From: a virus
Taxonomy: Duplodnaviria; Caudoviricetes
IMG/VR virus record: IMGVR_UViG_3300006127_000030
Location: 1-41,854 of that record
DNA length: 41,854 bases
Reading direction: 5' to 3' (one strand)
The notes below the pieces were generated by a model. It had not been told where the DNA came from. It searched no databases and was given only the letters and a program-made list of their open reading frames with translations. The position numbers were made by a program, and so were the translations under genes. Of the stretch, positions 7,614 through 17,600 are shown in pieces; the first letter of the stretch is position 1, and each line of letters begins with the position of its first letter.

Positions 7614-8894
7614 ATGTCCAATAAAACATCAACTGTTAACAAAGACACCGCAAAACAAGAGCGCAAAGAGTTCACGCAAATTGAAAAGAACAAGATTATT
7701 GAAAAACTTGTTACTGCTCGCATTGGATTATTGTTGCGTCATCCATTCTTTGGCAATATGGCTACTCGTATGAAGCTAATCGATGCTTCAGATTGGTGTA
7801 ATACATTGGCCACTGATGGTCGTAATTTTTATTACAGCAATGACTTTGTCAATAAGCTGTCTGTTCGTGAATGCGAATTTGGATTTGCACACGAAGTACT
7901 GCATAATGTGTTTGACCATTTGGGACGTCGTGATGGACGTGAACCTCAATTGTCAAATATTGCCGCCGACTATGCTGTTAATCAAATTTTAAAAGATGAA
8001 CGCATTGGTGATGTTCCGAATTTTATCAAAATTTTCCAAGATAACAAGTATCGTGGCATGAGCTACGAAGAAATTTACGATGACCTTTACTCAAAGGCCA
8101 CTAAAATTAACATGTCTGAATTAGGCGAACTGCTAGACGAGCACTTGGACGGTGACGGTGACGATGACGGTTATGGCAATGGTGACGACAAAGACGGTGA
8201 AGAAGTTGACGGTAGCGGCAAAGGTCGTCCACGTTTAACTGAAGAAGAAAAGAAACAGATCCGTGATGAGATCAAAGAAGCAATGGTTGCGGCCGCGCAA
8301 GCCGCAGGTGCTGGCAAAGTACCAGCAGGTGTACAACGCTTTATTCAGTCGTTTACTGAGCCTAAAATGGATTGGCGTCAGATGTTGCGTATGAATATCC
8401 AAAGTATTCTTAAGAGCAATTTTAGTTTCAGCCGCCCTAACCGCAAGAGCCAACATTGCGGTGCTATCTTGCCAGGTATGATGAACGAAGAAACTATTGA
8501 TGTGTCTGTAGCAATTGACATGTCTGGTAGTATTAGCAATAAACAAGCTCAAGACTTTTTGAGTGAAGTTAAAGGCATCATGGAAGAATACAAGGACTTT
8601 AAATTGGACTTGTTCTGCTTTGACACAGAAGTTTATAACTATGTCAAATTTACTGGTGACAACGCCGATGAGATCATGGAATATGAACCCAAAGGTGGTG
8701 GTGGTACTGATTTTGATGCTTGCTATGACTTTATGAAGGAAGAAGGCATTGAGCCAAAACGCTTCATTATGTTTACTGACGGGTATCCATGTGGTAGCTG
8801 GGGCGACGAGAACTACTGCGAAAGCCTGTTCATCATCCACGGCAACGATACTATTGTTGCTCCTTTTGGTCAAACTGCTTATTACAAAGAGTAA
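7614..8894 (+). CDS. DUF2201-type protein: HExxH metallopeptidase-like N-domain plus vWA domain (MoxR partner)
   Basis: ATDG, HEVLH and NIAADYAVN; an acidic Gly/Asp linker; MIDAS motif DMSGS, GGGTDF and FTDG. Confidence 0.88.
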   Translation: MSNKTSTVNKDTAKQERKEFTQIEKNKIIEKLVTARIGLLLRHPFFGNMATRMKLIDASDWCNTLATDGRNFYYSNDFVNKLSVRECEFGFAHEVLHNVFDHLGRRDGREPQLSNIAADYAVNQILKDERIGDVPNFIKIFQDNKYRGMSYEEIYDDLYSKATKINMSELGELLDEHLDGDGDDDGYGNGDDKDGEEVDGSGKGRPRLTEEEKKQIRDEIKEAMVAAAQAAGAGKVPAGVQRFIQSFTEPKMDWRQMLRMNIQSILKSNFSFSRPNRKSQHCGAILPGMMNEETIDVSVAIDMSGSISNKQAQDFLSEVKGIMEEYKDFKLDLFCFDTEVYNYVKFTGDNADEIMEYEPKGGGGTDFDACYDFMKEEGIEPKRFIMFTDGYPCGSWGDENYCESLFIIHGNDTIVAPFGQTAYYKE

Positions 8895-8896
8895 GT

Positions 8897-9181
8897 ATGT
8901 CATTGGCAAGAGGAGAAGTAAATCCTTTGAATGTTTTGGGATTGAGACGATTAAGTTTTATCCCAAAACATTTCAGCACGATTATGTTAAAACATCCTGA
9001 CATAGATATCAGAATGTTGGATCAATGGATTTCACATAACTTAAATAGTAGGTATGCAATAAAAACAACCTTTACCTTAGATGACAACAACAAGTTAACC
9101 GAGGCAAAGGAAGTAGGGATGGAAGACCCGAAAGAACTAACAATGTTTTCTTTAGGTTGTCCATACATTCATAAATCATAA
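8897..9181 (+). CDS. Hypothetical protein
   Basis: 94-aa ORF starting 2 nt after the vWA stop. Confidence 0.65.
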   Translation: MSLARGEVNPLNVLGLRRLSFIPKHFSTIMLKHPDIDIRMLDQWISHNLNSRYAIKTTFTLDDNNKLTEAKEVGMEDPKELTMFSLGCPYIHKS

Positions 9182-9193
9182 AAGGAAATAAAA

Positions 9194-9439
9194 ATGAGTG
9201 AAGATCAAGCACAAGTAGCAAGTCCAGCAGTAGGCGGAGACGTTACTCCAGAACAACAACAACCTGCTCCACAATTGAGCATTGCAGATTTACAAAATCT
9301 TCGTGCTATTGTTGATTTGGCATCACGTCGTGGCGCATTTGGTGCCGCAGAAGCTAGTTCAGTAGGCGCAGTATTTGACCGTTTGAACACATTCTTGAAC
9401 GCAGTAGCACCAGCCGATCAAGCCCCAGCCGCTCAATAA
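9194..9439 (+). CDS. Small hypothetical protein
   Basis: AAGGAA SD; 81 aa with a helical core LSIADLQNLRAIVDLASRRGAF. Confidence 0.72.
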   Translation: MSEDQAQVASPAVGGDVTPEQQQPAPQLSIADLQNLRAIVDLASRRGAFGAAEASSVGAVFDRLNTFLNAVAPADQAPAAQ

Positions 9440-9449
9440 GGAGAACTTT

Positions 9450-10091
9450 ATGAAGCACGTAGGTAAAATGAAAAACAACGGCGCAAAAGTCGTAGTTGCC
9501 TATCGTACATTACCTGGTGATTCTGGTAGTGCATTGGTAATAGGAACTGGCACACTAAGCGATTCATGGCACGATTCTTTAATGACCGTTGTCCAAGACG
9601 TAAGTGGCCAACAAGCAAATGAACTAGCAGACATCCTTGCTATTCGTAAATTCTCAGATGGTTCCAATATGTTGGAAGCATTACACAAACGTGGTCAACT
9701 TAAAAAGGTTCCCACAAATGGTGTAATTATGGTTCAAGGTCCTAATGCAGAGATTGTGTTGAGCGAATTGAACGCATTGATTGCTCAACAAAAAGGCGTT
9801 ACTGTCGATGAGTTGGCAGTTACAGATGGGTTTAATCCTAATCCAAAGCCTAGTAGATTTGGTAAGGACGACCCAACTAAAACAACTAGCGCCAGTGTAA
9901 ACGCAGGTGATGATGCAGTTGAAACTCCTGCACAACCAGAAACAGTCGCTGATGTAGAATTAACTCCTGCTGAAATGCGTTCACGTGCTGATGCTTTGTT
10001 CAAGCAAGCACAAGTATTACGTAAACAAGCAGATGCAATTGATCCTCCAAAAAGCAAGAAGAAAAAAGAAGTAGTAACGGACGCTGAATGA
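9450..10091 (+). CDS. Conserved phage hypothetical protein with a low-complexity C-terminal half
   Basis: TAAGGAG SD; 213 aa; ATGA overlap with thyA. Confidence 0.75.
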   Translation: MKHVGKMKNNGAKVVVAYRTLPGDSGSALVIGTGTLSDSWHDSLMTVVQDVSGQQANELADILAIRKFSDGSNMLEALHKRGQLKKVPTNGVIMVQGPNAEIVLSELNALIAQQKGVTVDELAVTDGFNPNPKPSRFGKDDPTKTTSASVNAGDDAVETPAQPETVADVELTPAEMRSRADALFKQAQVLRKQADAIDPPKSKKKKEVVTDAE

Positions 10092-10972
10092 CACATCCAG
10101 AAAAAGTCTACCTAGACGCACTTAAAAACATTTTAGAAAACGGTGACGACCGTCCTGATCGTACAGGAACAGGTACACGTAGTATCTTTGGTCTTCAAAT
10201 GCGTTTTGATTTGACAGAAGGTTTTCCAGCAGTTACTACTAAAAAACTAGCATGGAAAGCCTGTGTTAGTGAACTACTTTGGTTTATTGAAGGCAGTGGA
10301 GATGAACTTCGTTTAAGAGAAATCTTACATGGCGAACGTTACACTGACAAGAAAACTATTTGGACTGACAACGCTACAGCACCTTATTGGACTAGCAAAA
10401 AACTGCAACGCCATGCAGGTGACTTAGGTAGAATCTACGGTGTACAATGGCGCAAGTGGCGCAAGCCCTTAGTACGTATCAACAAAGTTGTTCTTCAAAA
10501 TCATGATCAGTTGATTGAACTGGTCAATGGTATCAAAGAAGATCCTTATAGCAGACGTCACATCATGACAGCATGGAATCCAGGAGAGCTAGATTTAATG
10601 GCACTACCTCCATGTCATATCATGAGTCAGTTCTATGTTAACAATGGTAAACTAAGTTGCCAAATGTATCAACGTAGTGCTGATATGTTCTTGGGAATGC
10701 CATTCAACATTGCATCATATGCCTTGTTAACGCATTTGATTGCACAAGCATGTAATTTGGAAGTTGGTGATTTAATTATTACTGTGGGCGATGCTCACAT
10801 TTATAATAACCATTTTGATCAAGTTAAAGAACAGTTAGGCCGTAAGCCATTACCGTTACCCACATTAAAACTAAATCCAGAAGTGGATACAGTTTGGGAT
10901 TTTGAAATGTCTGATATTGAGTTGGTGGGCTATGAAAGCCACGAAGCTATTAAAGCTCCAATGGCTGTTTAA
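10088..10972 (+). CDS. thyA: Thymidylate synthase
   Basis: DRTGTGT, ELLWFI, catalytic LPPCH, YQRSADMFLGMPFN, GDAHIY and C-terminal APMAV. Confidence 0.96.
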   Translation: MTHPEKVYLDALKNILENGDDRPDRTGTGTRSIFGLQMRFDLTEGFPAVTTKKLAWKACVSELLWFIEGSGDELRLREILHGERYTDKKTIWTDNATAPYWTSKKLQRHAGDLGRIYGVQWRKWRKPLVRINKVVLQNHDQLIELVNGIKEDPYSRRHIMTAWNPGELDLMALPPCHIMSQFYVNNGKLSCQMYQRSADMFLGMPFNIASYALLTHLIAQACNLEVGDLIITVGDAHIYNNHFDQVKEQLGRKPLPLPTLKLNPEVDTVWDFEMSDIELVGYESHEAIKAPMAV

Positions 10973-12201
10973 ACTACTAAAACTTCTATAACCCCAAAGC
11001 CCTCGGATTGCGATCCCAGGGCTTTTCCTATTACTGCTCCAGCAGATACAGAACTTGCCGCACATCCATAGCCAGGTACACTACTAGTAACAATTAGGTC
11101 ACCTCGTTTAATATACCCCGTAACTTTGCAAGGAACCCGGCCTTTTAGGGCAATTGCAGGGTGAGTTTTGTCATTTCCAGCGTCTTTATTCATTAAATAG
11201 GCTGGGTTTGTAGACACTATACCCGCTACCCTTGTATCAGCGAATTGATCAGTAGTTGTAACTTCTTTGGCTCCGCCAATAACTAAAACTGTACCTTCTC
11301 CGTACTCGGCATCTGCTTCATAACGCTCTGCCAAATCTGCATAGTAAGCAGCCGTAGCAGTTACATTAAGCACATTGGTATTATTGTTGTAAAAGAATGC
11401 AGTATTGGTTAACAGTTGAGACGATCCAGTTGATGTATTTGCAAAAGGAACATAACAAATTCCTGAAGCTGGAACTGTTGATGTTGTTGCAATATTCATT
11501 GTGGATTGTCTTGAGCTAACAGCTTCGGCGGCTGTTCCCCAGAAATAAAATCCACTGCCCAATGTTGAACCAGTAACTGGATCAGCCCCTGGAAGTGTAA
11601 TGCCTTTAGCCACTACAGTAAATGTATTTTGAGCAATACCTGCTCCCAAGTCTGCCTGTACACCTGGATTGTATGCGGCTGGATAAAATTTATTATTTGA
11701 AATTACTGCTACAGGTAAAGTTCCTGCATAGCCACGAATACAAGCAATTGGTGTGCCGCCGCCAGTTTGTGCTTCTCTGCCAAACTGCCATGAACTAAAA
11801 TTATTGCCTGTAGCAGGCCCAATAGTCACATATCCATTTACATGATCATACCCATACAATGTACCATTGTTATACCAAAGGTCGCCATCTGATGGATTAG
11901 TATTGTATGTGGAGGTTGATCCAACAGTAACACTACCAATACCTTTCCAATTGTCCATGCCATCTGAATTTACATTCAACTGTTGAGTTTGATAATTAAA
12001 CCAAAGTTGCCCTTGTACAGGTGTTGTTGGTGGTGTAATATTATTAAAGTTTTCTAATAAGCCAACAAAATTTTCTTCAATAGCTTGTCCGTAACCAGCA
12101 AAGTTTTTACCTATAAAGGTTAAACTGGTTGATTTATCAATGGTAGCATCTTGTACTGTTGTTAGTACCGTGCCGCTAGTTTTTGTAAGTATGTATGCCA
12201 T
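10969..12201 (-). CDS. Tail fibre-like protein with a C-terminal intramolecular chaperone / autocleavage (peptidase G2-like) domain
   Basis: True start is probably MAYILTK at 12201, paralogous to the N-terminus of the upstream gene. Contains GQLW/GDLW repeats and C-terminal ADLAERY...GIVSTNPAYLMN...ALKGRVPCKV...GDLIVTS. Confidence 0.78.
   Translation of the reverse strand: MAYILTKTSGTVLTTVQDATIDKSTSLTFIGKNFAGYGQAIEENFVGLLENFNNITPPTTPVQGQLWFNYQTQQLNVNSDGMDNWKGIGSVTVGSTSTYNTNPSDGDLWYNNGTLYGYDHVNGYVTIGPATGNNFSSWQFGREAQTGGGTPIACIRGYAGTLPVAVISNNKFYPAAYNPGVQADLGAGIAQNTFTVVAKGITLPGADPVTGSTLGSGFYFWGTAAEAVSSRQSTMNIATTSTVPASGICYVPFANTSTGSSQLLTNTAFFYNNNTNVLNVTATAAYYADLAERYEADAEYGEGTVLVIGGAKEVTTTDQFADTRVAGIVSTNPAYLMNKDAGNDKTHPAIALKGRVPCKVTGYIKRGDLIVTSSVPGYGCAASSVSAGAVIGKALGSQSEGFGVIEVLVV
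10996..11026 (+). terminator. Intrinsic terminator for thyA embedded in the antisense fibre CDS
   Basis: AAAGCCCT-C-GGAT-TGCG-ATCC-C-AGGGCTTT-T: 8+4 bp stem ending in TTTT, 23 nt after the thyA stop. Confidence 0.7.
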
Positions 12202-12205
12202 AATT

Positions 12206-13591
12206 TTATTGGAATAGTGGTAAGTAGTAGTTCGCTCCACCAATTGTAATGTGCAACCAAGTAACTGGTTGAGCCAAATTAGTGGTAGTGGAAAGAGATT
12301 TAAATGTCGCCGGAGTACCAACTGTTGCCGCAACTGTTATTGCTCCGCCAACGGACAATGCCCCAACAACATTTAAGGAATTGGTTACCGTAGTAGTTTG
12401 AGTGGACACCGTCATCATAGGTGTTCCAGCTTCGCCAGCCGCATACATTGTTATTTGGTCATTTGATCCAACACTAATACGGCCGTTACCATTTGCATAG
12501 TCTACAATGATACCATCTGAATACCCGCCAGTAAATTGTCCAGTTGAATATAGTCCATTTGTTGCGGTTAATGCAGTAGTCACTACACCGCCGTTTAGTA
12601 AAGTCTGTCCCTGGACAATTAAATTAGTAGCAGTAACATTTGAAAAAGTCGAAGTACTTTTTACTATCAATGTTGTTGCAGTAACTACATTGAATGTAGC
12701 AGATGAGTGAGTACCATCTAACTGTCCATTAAATATTGCAGATGCCAATACTAATAGATTTGTAGTGCTCATTGCATTAGATTGCATTAATCCAGAAGTC
12801 TGAATTGTACCAGTCGAATTAATATCAGCCATTGTTGCTGTACTAGCGACAGCCAAATGCACCACTGCCGCATTAGTAGCAGTAAAATACGTTGTTCCAA
12901 TATTGTTTGCTTGAATTGAACCAGCTACTAGATTACCATAAATGGTTCCAGTTGCCGCAATATTACCAATAATGTTCAACCCCTGGACTACTGTAAGACT
13001 ATTTGTATTGGCTGCGCCAAGTCTTAAAATATTTGTACTATCATTTGCACTGGCCACAAAGTTTGAGTTACTGATTGCTCCTAGAACTTGTCCGTAGTTT
13101 TCTAGTAATGTTACCTTTTGTTGAATATTAGTATTATCTAATATGTATTGTCCCTTGGCTGGATCTAAGAAAATCCATCCAGTTAACCCTGATGCCCTAG
13201 CATACGTAGAGATTGAATCGTATTGATATCCATCAAAATAATTTAACAAATTGTTTGTGCTATCAAACCACAAGTCACCCGGAGTCAAGCCCGCAGGTGC
13301 TGTTGGATTAATAACTGCGCTGGCTGCAGATACAAACTGTGTGCCATTAAATATTCTTAATCTATTATAAGTTGTATCGTACCAAAGTTGTCCAACTATT
13401 GGTTTCGATGGTGGTTTATAATTAGGATTTGCTGAGTTGGTTAGTAGTGTAACCAAATTTTGATTGTAGTATTGTCCGTATCCTGCAACATCTCGGCCAA
13501 CAAAAGCAACACTGGTCAGTGTACTGTTGACTGTCCCGTCGGCCAATCTCAATAATACTGTACCGTTGTTATTTAAAATTGTGTAGGCCAT
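12206..13591 (-). CDS. Tail fibre / baseplate-attached fibre protein
   Basis: N-terminal module MAY...FVGR..AGYGQ...N...LL.N...P..P..GQLWYD shared with the downstream gene; Thr/Ser/Asn/Gly-rich beta-type shaft. Confidence 0.72.
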   Translation of the reverse strand: MAYTILNNNGTVLLRLADGTVNSTLTSVAFVGRDVAGYGQYYNQNLVTLLTNSANPNYKPPSKPIVGQLWYDTTYNRLRIFNGTQFVSAASAVINPTAPAGLTPGDLWFDSTNNLLNYFDGYQYDSISTYARASGLTGWIFLDPAKGQYILDNTNIQQKVTLLENYGQVLGAISNSNFVASANDSTNILRLGAANTNSLTVVQGLNIIGNIAATGTIYGNLVAGSIQANNIGTTYFTATNAAVVHLAVASTATMADINSTGTIQTSGLMQSNAMSTTNLLVLASAIFNGQLDGTHSSATFNVVTATTLIVKSTSTFSNVTATNLIVQGQTLLNGGVVTTALTATNGLYSTGQFTGGYSDGIIVDYANGNGRISVGSNDQITMYAAGEAGTPMMTVSTQTTTVTNSLNVVGALSVGGAITVAATVGTPATFKSLSTTTNLAQPVTWLHITIGGANYYLPLFQ

Positions 13592-13594
13592 TTA

Positions 13595-14221
13595 TTATGC
13601 TCCAGCACTTAGACTCTGTATACGAATTGTATAATCTACTTGAATTATACGATTTAAACTTTTTTGTACAGGATGGAAAATAACATGGGTTAATAATGGG
13701 CCAGTTCCTGCTCCATTTGGGCTATATGCACGGATACCTAATTCATCAAACACATATGTTCCGTCCGAACTTGCGGCATTGTCAAACGCCTGTTGCCCGC
13801 TTGGTTCGCCGAAATCCAACAAGCAACTAATCAATACATCACTATAATATGCACCAGCTACGTGTCTGGCTTGCATAAAGTTTCTAGCTGGATCTAAATC
13901 ATATGGCTGACGTGCATCAACTACTTTATAATATGTTTGATTGTAAAGTCCAGCGCCAGTACCAATTACGTTAGGGGTTAGATATGTAATAATGCCTGTG
14001 TTATCGACCCGTGTTCCGCCGTTGCCAAATGCAATGCCTTCAATTGTTCCAAGTCCTTGATTGCTGATACTTTGTGCTAAACTCAGACTAAAAGTTTCAT
14101 AATTGATAGCATTAGGTTTGTCAATAAAGACTTCATTGGTAGTAGGGTCAAATATCTTGATATGCCCTCTTAGAGCGATATTTCCCTGTTCATTGGGCTT
14201 TTTTTCTGTTGATGTATTCAT
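13595..14221 (-). CDS. Virion structural protein (baseplate / fibre-attachment-like)
   Basis: 208 aa within the tail operon; IAFGNGG, FDELGI and C-terminal IQVDYTIRI resemble fibre-attachment domains. Confidence 0.6.
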   Translation of the reverse strand: MNTSTEKKPNEQGNIALRGHIKIFDPTTNEVFIDKPNAINYETFSLSLAQSISNQGLGTIEGIAFGNGGTRVDNTGIITYLTPNVIGTGAGLYNQTYYKVVDARQPYDLDPARNFMQARHVAGAYYSDVLISCLLDFGEPSGQQAFDNAASSDGTYVFDELGIRAYSPNGAGTGPLLTHVIFHPVQKSLNRIIQVDYTIRIQSLSAGA

Positions 14222-14226
14222 GATAA

Positions 14227-14233
14227 TATTTAT
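14227..14233 (-). promoter_or_regulatory. Late-type promoter ATAAATA
   Basis: Plus-strand TATTTAT at 14227-14233 in a 17-nt intergenic gap, 5 nt from the ATG at 14221. Confidence 0.6.
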
Positions 14234-14238
14234 TCTAT

Positions 14239-14661
14239 TTAAAAAGAGGCGGACACAGGACTATAAATTCGTCTCCAAGTATTGGTAGCAACACAGATAT
14301 AAATGTATGTAGAATCTGCGGATACTTGCCCAACAACACCAGTTGATGTTGAACTTGCGGGAACTGATACTGAAGTAAATGACGGAGATTGTCCAGCAGT
14401 ACCTTGACTACCAGCAATGCCCTGTATTCCAGATACACCCTGAGTTCCTGCACCTGTTGCTCCTTGACTACCAATCAACCCTTGGACACTAGCACTAGTT
14501 CCTTGAGTACCTTGAGTACCAGTTGCGCCCTGTAGGCCAATTGCTTGTACTGAATTTGCCAAAGAAAGCCAAGAATATCTGTTTGCAATGCCATTTTCGG
14601 CTACAAGAAAATACATTGATTGAGTATTATTGGTTACGGGCAATAAGTTAATATTTGACAT
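14239..14661 (-). CDS. Short collagen-like fibre protein
   Basis: Gly-X-Y repeats, then a C-terminal GQVSADSTYIYICVATNTWRR fibre-tip-like motif. Confidence 0.75.
   Translation of the reverse strand: MSNINLLPVTNNTQSMYFLVAENGIANRYSWLSLANSVQAIGLQGATGTQGTQGTSASVQGLIGSQGATGAGTQGVSGIQGIAGSQGTAGQSPSFTSVSVPASSTSTGVVGQVSADSTYIYICVATNTWRRIYSPVSASF
14389..14538 (-). repeat. Proline-free collagen-like Gly-X-Gln/Thr repeat
   Basis: GLQGATGTQGTQGT...GLIGSQGATG...GTQGVSGIQGIAGSQGTAGQ (aa 42-91), with two interruptions. Confidence 0.8.
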
Positions 14662-14662
14662 T

Positions 14663-17600
14663 TTAAAATCCTAGTAATGGGTTTCCGTTTTGGTCTGTTA
14701 GTGCTGTTCCACTGTTATCTTGTAATTCAATATTTCCACCATAGAAGGAGTTGTCTGGCAATAATGCTGGACCTTCACGTAAGAATTGAGCGACAACATT
14801 AGTACTGGTTAATATTGATAAAGTGTTAATCATAGGGTTAGCTGGGTCAGCATCATTCCAACTTGGGCCGCCATGTTTCATAACAATCGACAACAATGTT
14901 CCTGTATGGAGTTTTACTGTTGCAGTATTTAATATTAAAGTAGGTGTTGTTGATGTATTGATAATATAGAAATCAGCCGGTGTTTGGCGTAACCCAGAAT
15001 CAATATACAATGACGTTGCTGTAGAACTATATTGATGTAAGGTACATACGTACACATAACCAGTATCTTGACAAACATACGCATTGCCAAAATAATTTGT
15101 TACAGTACTCAAAGCCGATGCTGTAGGTACGGTTCCAACAATTTGGCTAGGATCAATACTATCATATGCCACGGTAGTATCATGCCAATACGATACATTT
15201 TTACGCAATTGATATCCGCCATAGTACACTTGAACTTGATCTTTGGCTTCTATACTTGCTGTAGAAACAGAGTAAGTTCTAACACCATACTTCAAATCAC
15301 CTGTATAAGGATCATAAGGCAATGTGCCCAATGTAGCAGTTGTTATAAATTTAATACCATCACATTTTACAGTAGATGATGTAATAGAATTATACCATCC
15401 GCCGACTACTGTAGTTGTAGATATAACATAGGTGTTACCTAAACTTGCATTTGTAAATGTATTTTGTACTAGCACTGGATCAGCAGATACTGGCAAGGTT
15501 TGATACGTTCCTTGATCAATAACTTTTGTGCCATATTCTAAATACTGTGCAGGGCTTGTTCCTAATGTGCCACGTTTTAGTTGAGTTAATGAATTGCCTT
15601 GTATTTCAAAGAATTCAATTCTTTCACCATCAATTAATACAACACCAGGAATATTTGCATCAATATCTGGTGGTGTCAACACTGTTGCATCTGCAACATT
15701 AATACTTGTATCAGCAAAAGTTAATGGTTGAGTTAAGTAAGTTGAATTTAAATTGCTCAATCGTTTGTATGATGTTCTGCCTAAGATATCATTAAAAATT
15801 CTATAACCTAAAACTTCGTTTGATACAGTTGGGCTGGCAAAACTCATAATAACAACACTGTCAGTTGGTGCAATTGTGTAAGCATCACTGACTAATACTG
15901 TCATATGATCTGGCAACATTTGGTAATCAACTTCATTCGTTAAAATTAATTCACTGCCCGACACATTAATTGTAACCCAAACATATGCAGAATCTAATAC
16001 AGGTCTGTCAAGTTTAAATGTTCTGCGAGGGTTACCAACAAACGTTTGAGTCTGGATCAACATACTATCTTGATTAGTAAATGATGTGATCTTGACTGTA
16101 CTACCAGAGTAGTTAGATCCCCAATAGTTAGGACTCAATTGCATATAGTATTGATTAAAGAAAGAATTAAAACCTATCATGTAATCATAAGAATAACTTG
16201 CATTGTTTGTAACAGTATTGAAAATGTTAGTTGGGTTAAACACTTCCACAGCAATAGTATCACCCAAGTTTAGTTGAGAAGATATTACTGTAGTAGTATT
16301 TGTTAATGTATACTGACTGCCATATGTCAATAATACACCATTTTGATATACATTTGTGTTTGTGCTAAATGAAACAAAATTAGTATTTGTTAAATCTACA
16401 ATAGGATATGTAGTAGTTGCTGTAGATTGTACAGTATAATATGTTGTATATGGAGGACGCAATCTAGTAGTAACACCTGTAGGAGTAGTTAACTCTACAA
16501 TAACTTGGTCACTAGGCGGTCCATATGTAGTATCAGGAGCATAAATCAATGGATATGATGCAGTTGTCCATGGAGTTGATTGCGATTGAATCTTATTAAA
16601 GTTATTTTGCAAACTTCCAAAGAACCATGCTTGAACACCATGTGATGCGGCAGGATTTAAATTGTACACCAATGCTGTGGCTCGTTTATCACTTGCATTA
16701 GCAGGTCCTAAATCATAGTATGCAGTAGTAGATGTAAATCCTTGCGAGATAGGAACTCCATCAACTGTTACATAAGCACTAACAACATCAAAGTAACTGG
16801 CCAAACCAGTAACTTCAGTAGAAGTAGTGCCGTTACAAGGTTGCGATGCCTTGTCAATAAGTCCAATGCCTGAAGTAGTATTATCTCCCACACCCATAAT
16901 AGTATACGACAATCTACCATCAGTTATTTGTGGTGCCACAATTAATTCATTATTTTGCCAATCAATAGTGAACTGATTTGACAATGTAAATAAACTGTTA
17001 CCTTGATAGTTAAATTCAATATCATTGAAAGTAACAATTATGCTTTCAATAGTTGTTGGACGAGTAGTTAAATCAATAGTAATATTTGTAGTTGTTGCCA
17101 CAATACGCTGTGAGTAATCTAATATCACTGGAGGAGTATTTAATGGCTTGGTATAAACATCAATACCTAAAGTATCTGCTGTAAATCCTGGAACAACTTC
17201 TTCTGGGGCAGGGCTTGCTACTGTAGATATAAAATTGTATCCACCGTCAATGTTTAATTCAGTAGGATCAATTCCCAATGCTCCAACTAAATTATTTGAA
17301 ATAAATGTAGGATAAATTGGGCCGCCGTTGACTAATGTATCATATGTCAACGAGTTAATCATTGCAGGAGCATTGATGTTTATGAAATTTGTAAATGTAT
17401 TTGTTCCAGTAAACTTACCTTCATTTTGTCCACCAATTTGGCTTCTTGGGTCAGTTGCGCCAACCATTAATTGATCCAAACTTGCACCCGGCATACCTGA
17501 AGTAGGAGCATAATAATTTTGAATACGCTCTACTGCTGTCATCATAGATGTAGCTTTTTGGTAAGTGACTGATATAGTAACACCAACACCCGGTGGATCA

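Noticed and set aside
8140-8225. GAC/GGT-rich quasi-repeat
   Set aside because: It is explained by the Asp/Gly-rich linker typical between the two domains of DUF2201-type proteins.
7099-8909. Long antisense ORFs (177 aa at 7099-7632 and 224 aa at 8235-8909)
   Set aside because: They are shadows of the codon-biased MoxR and vWA genes, with no recognisable motifs; one crosses the terminator and promoter.
10088-10972. ThyA as a dCMP hydroxymethylase or an intron-containing td gene
   Set aside because: It keeps the dUMP-specifying Asn in PFN and all canonical ThyA motifs in one continuous ORF.
12202-12333. 44-aa N-terminal extension of the fibre ORF
   Set aside because: It overlaps the upstream gene out of frame. 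The MAY start at 12201 matches the paralogue's N-terminus.
14235-14474. 79-aa ORF overlapping the collagen-like gene, suggesting a frameshift product
   Set aside because: An open alternate frame is expected in a Gly-X-Y repeat; I saw no slippery site or start signal.
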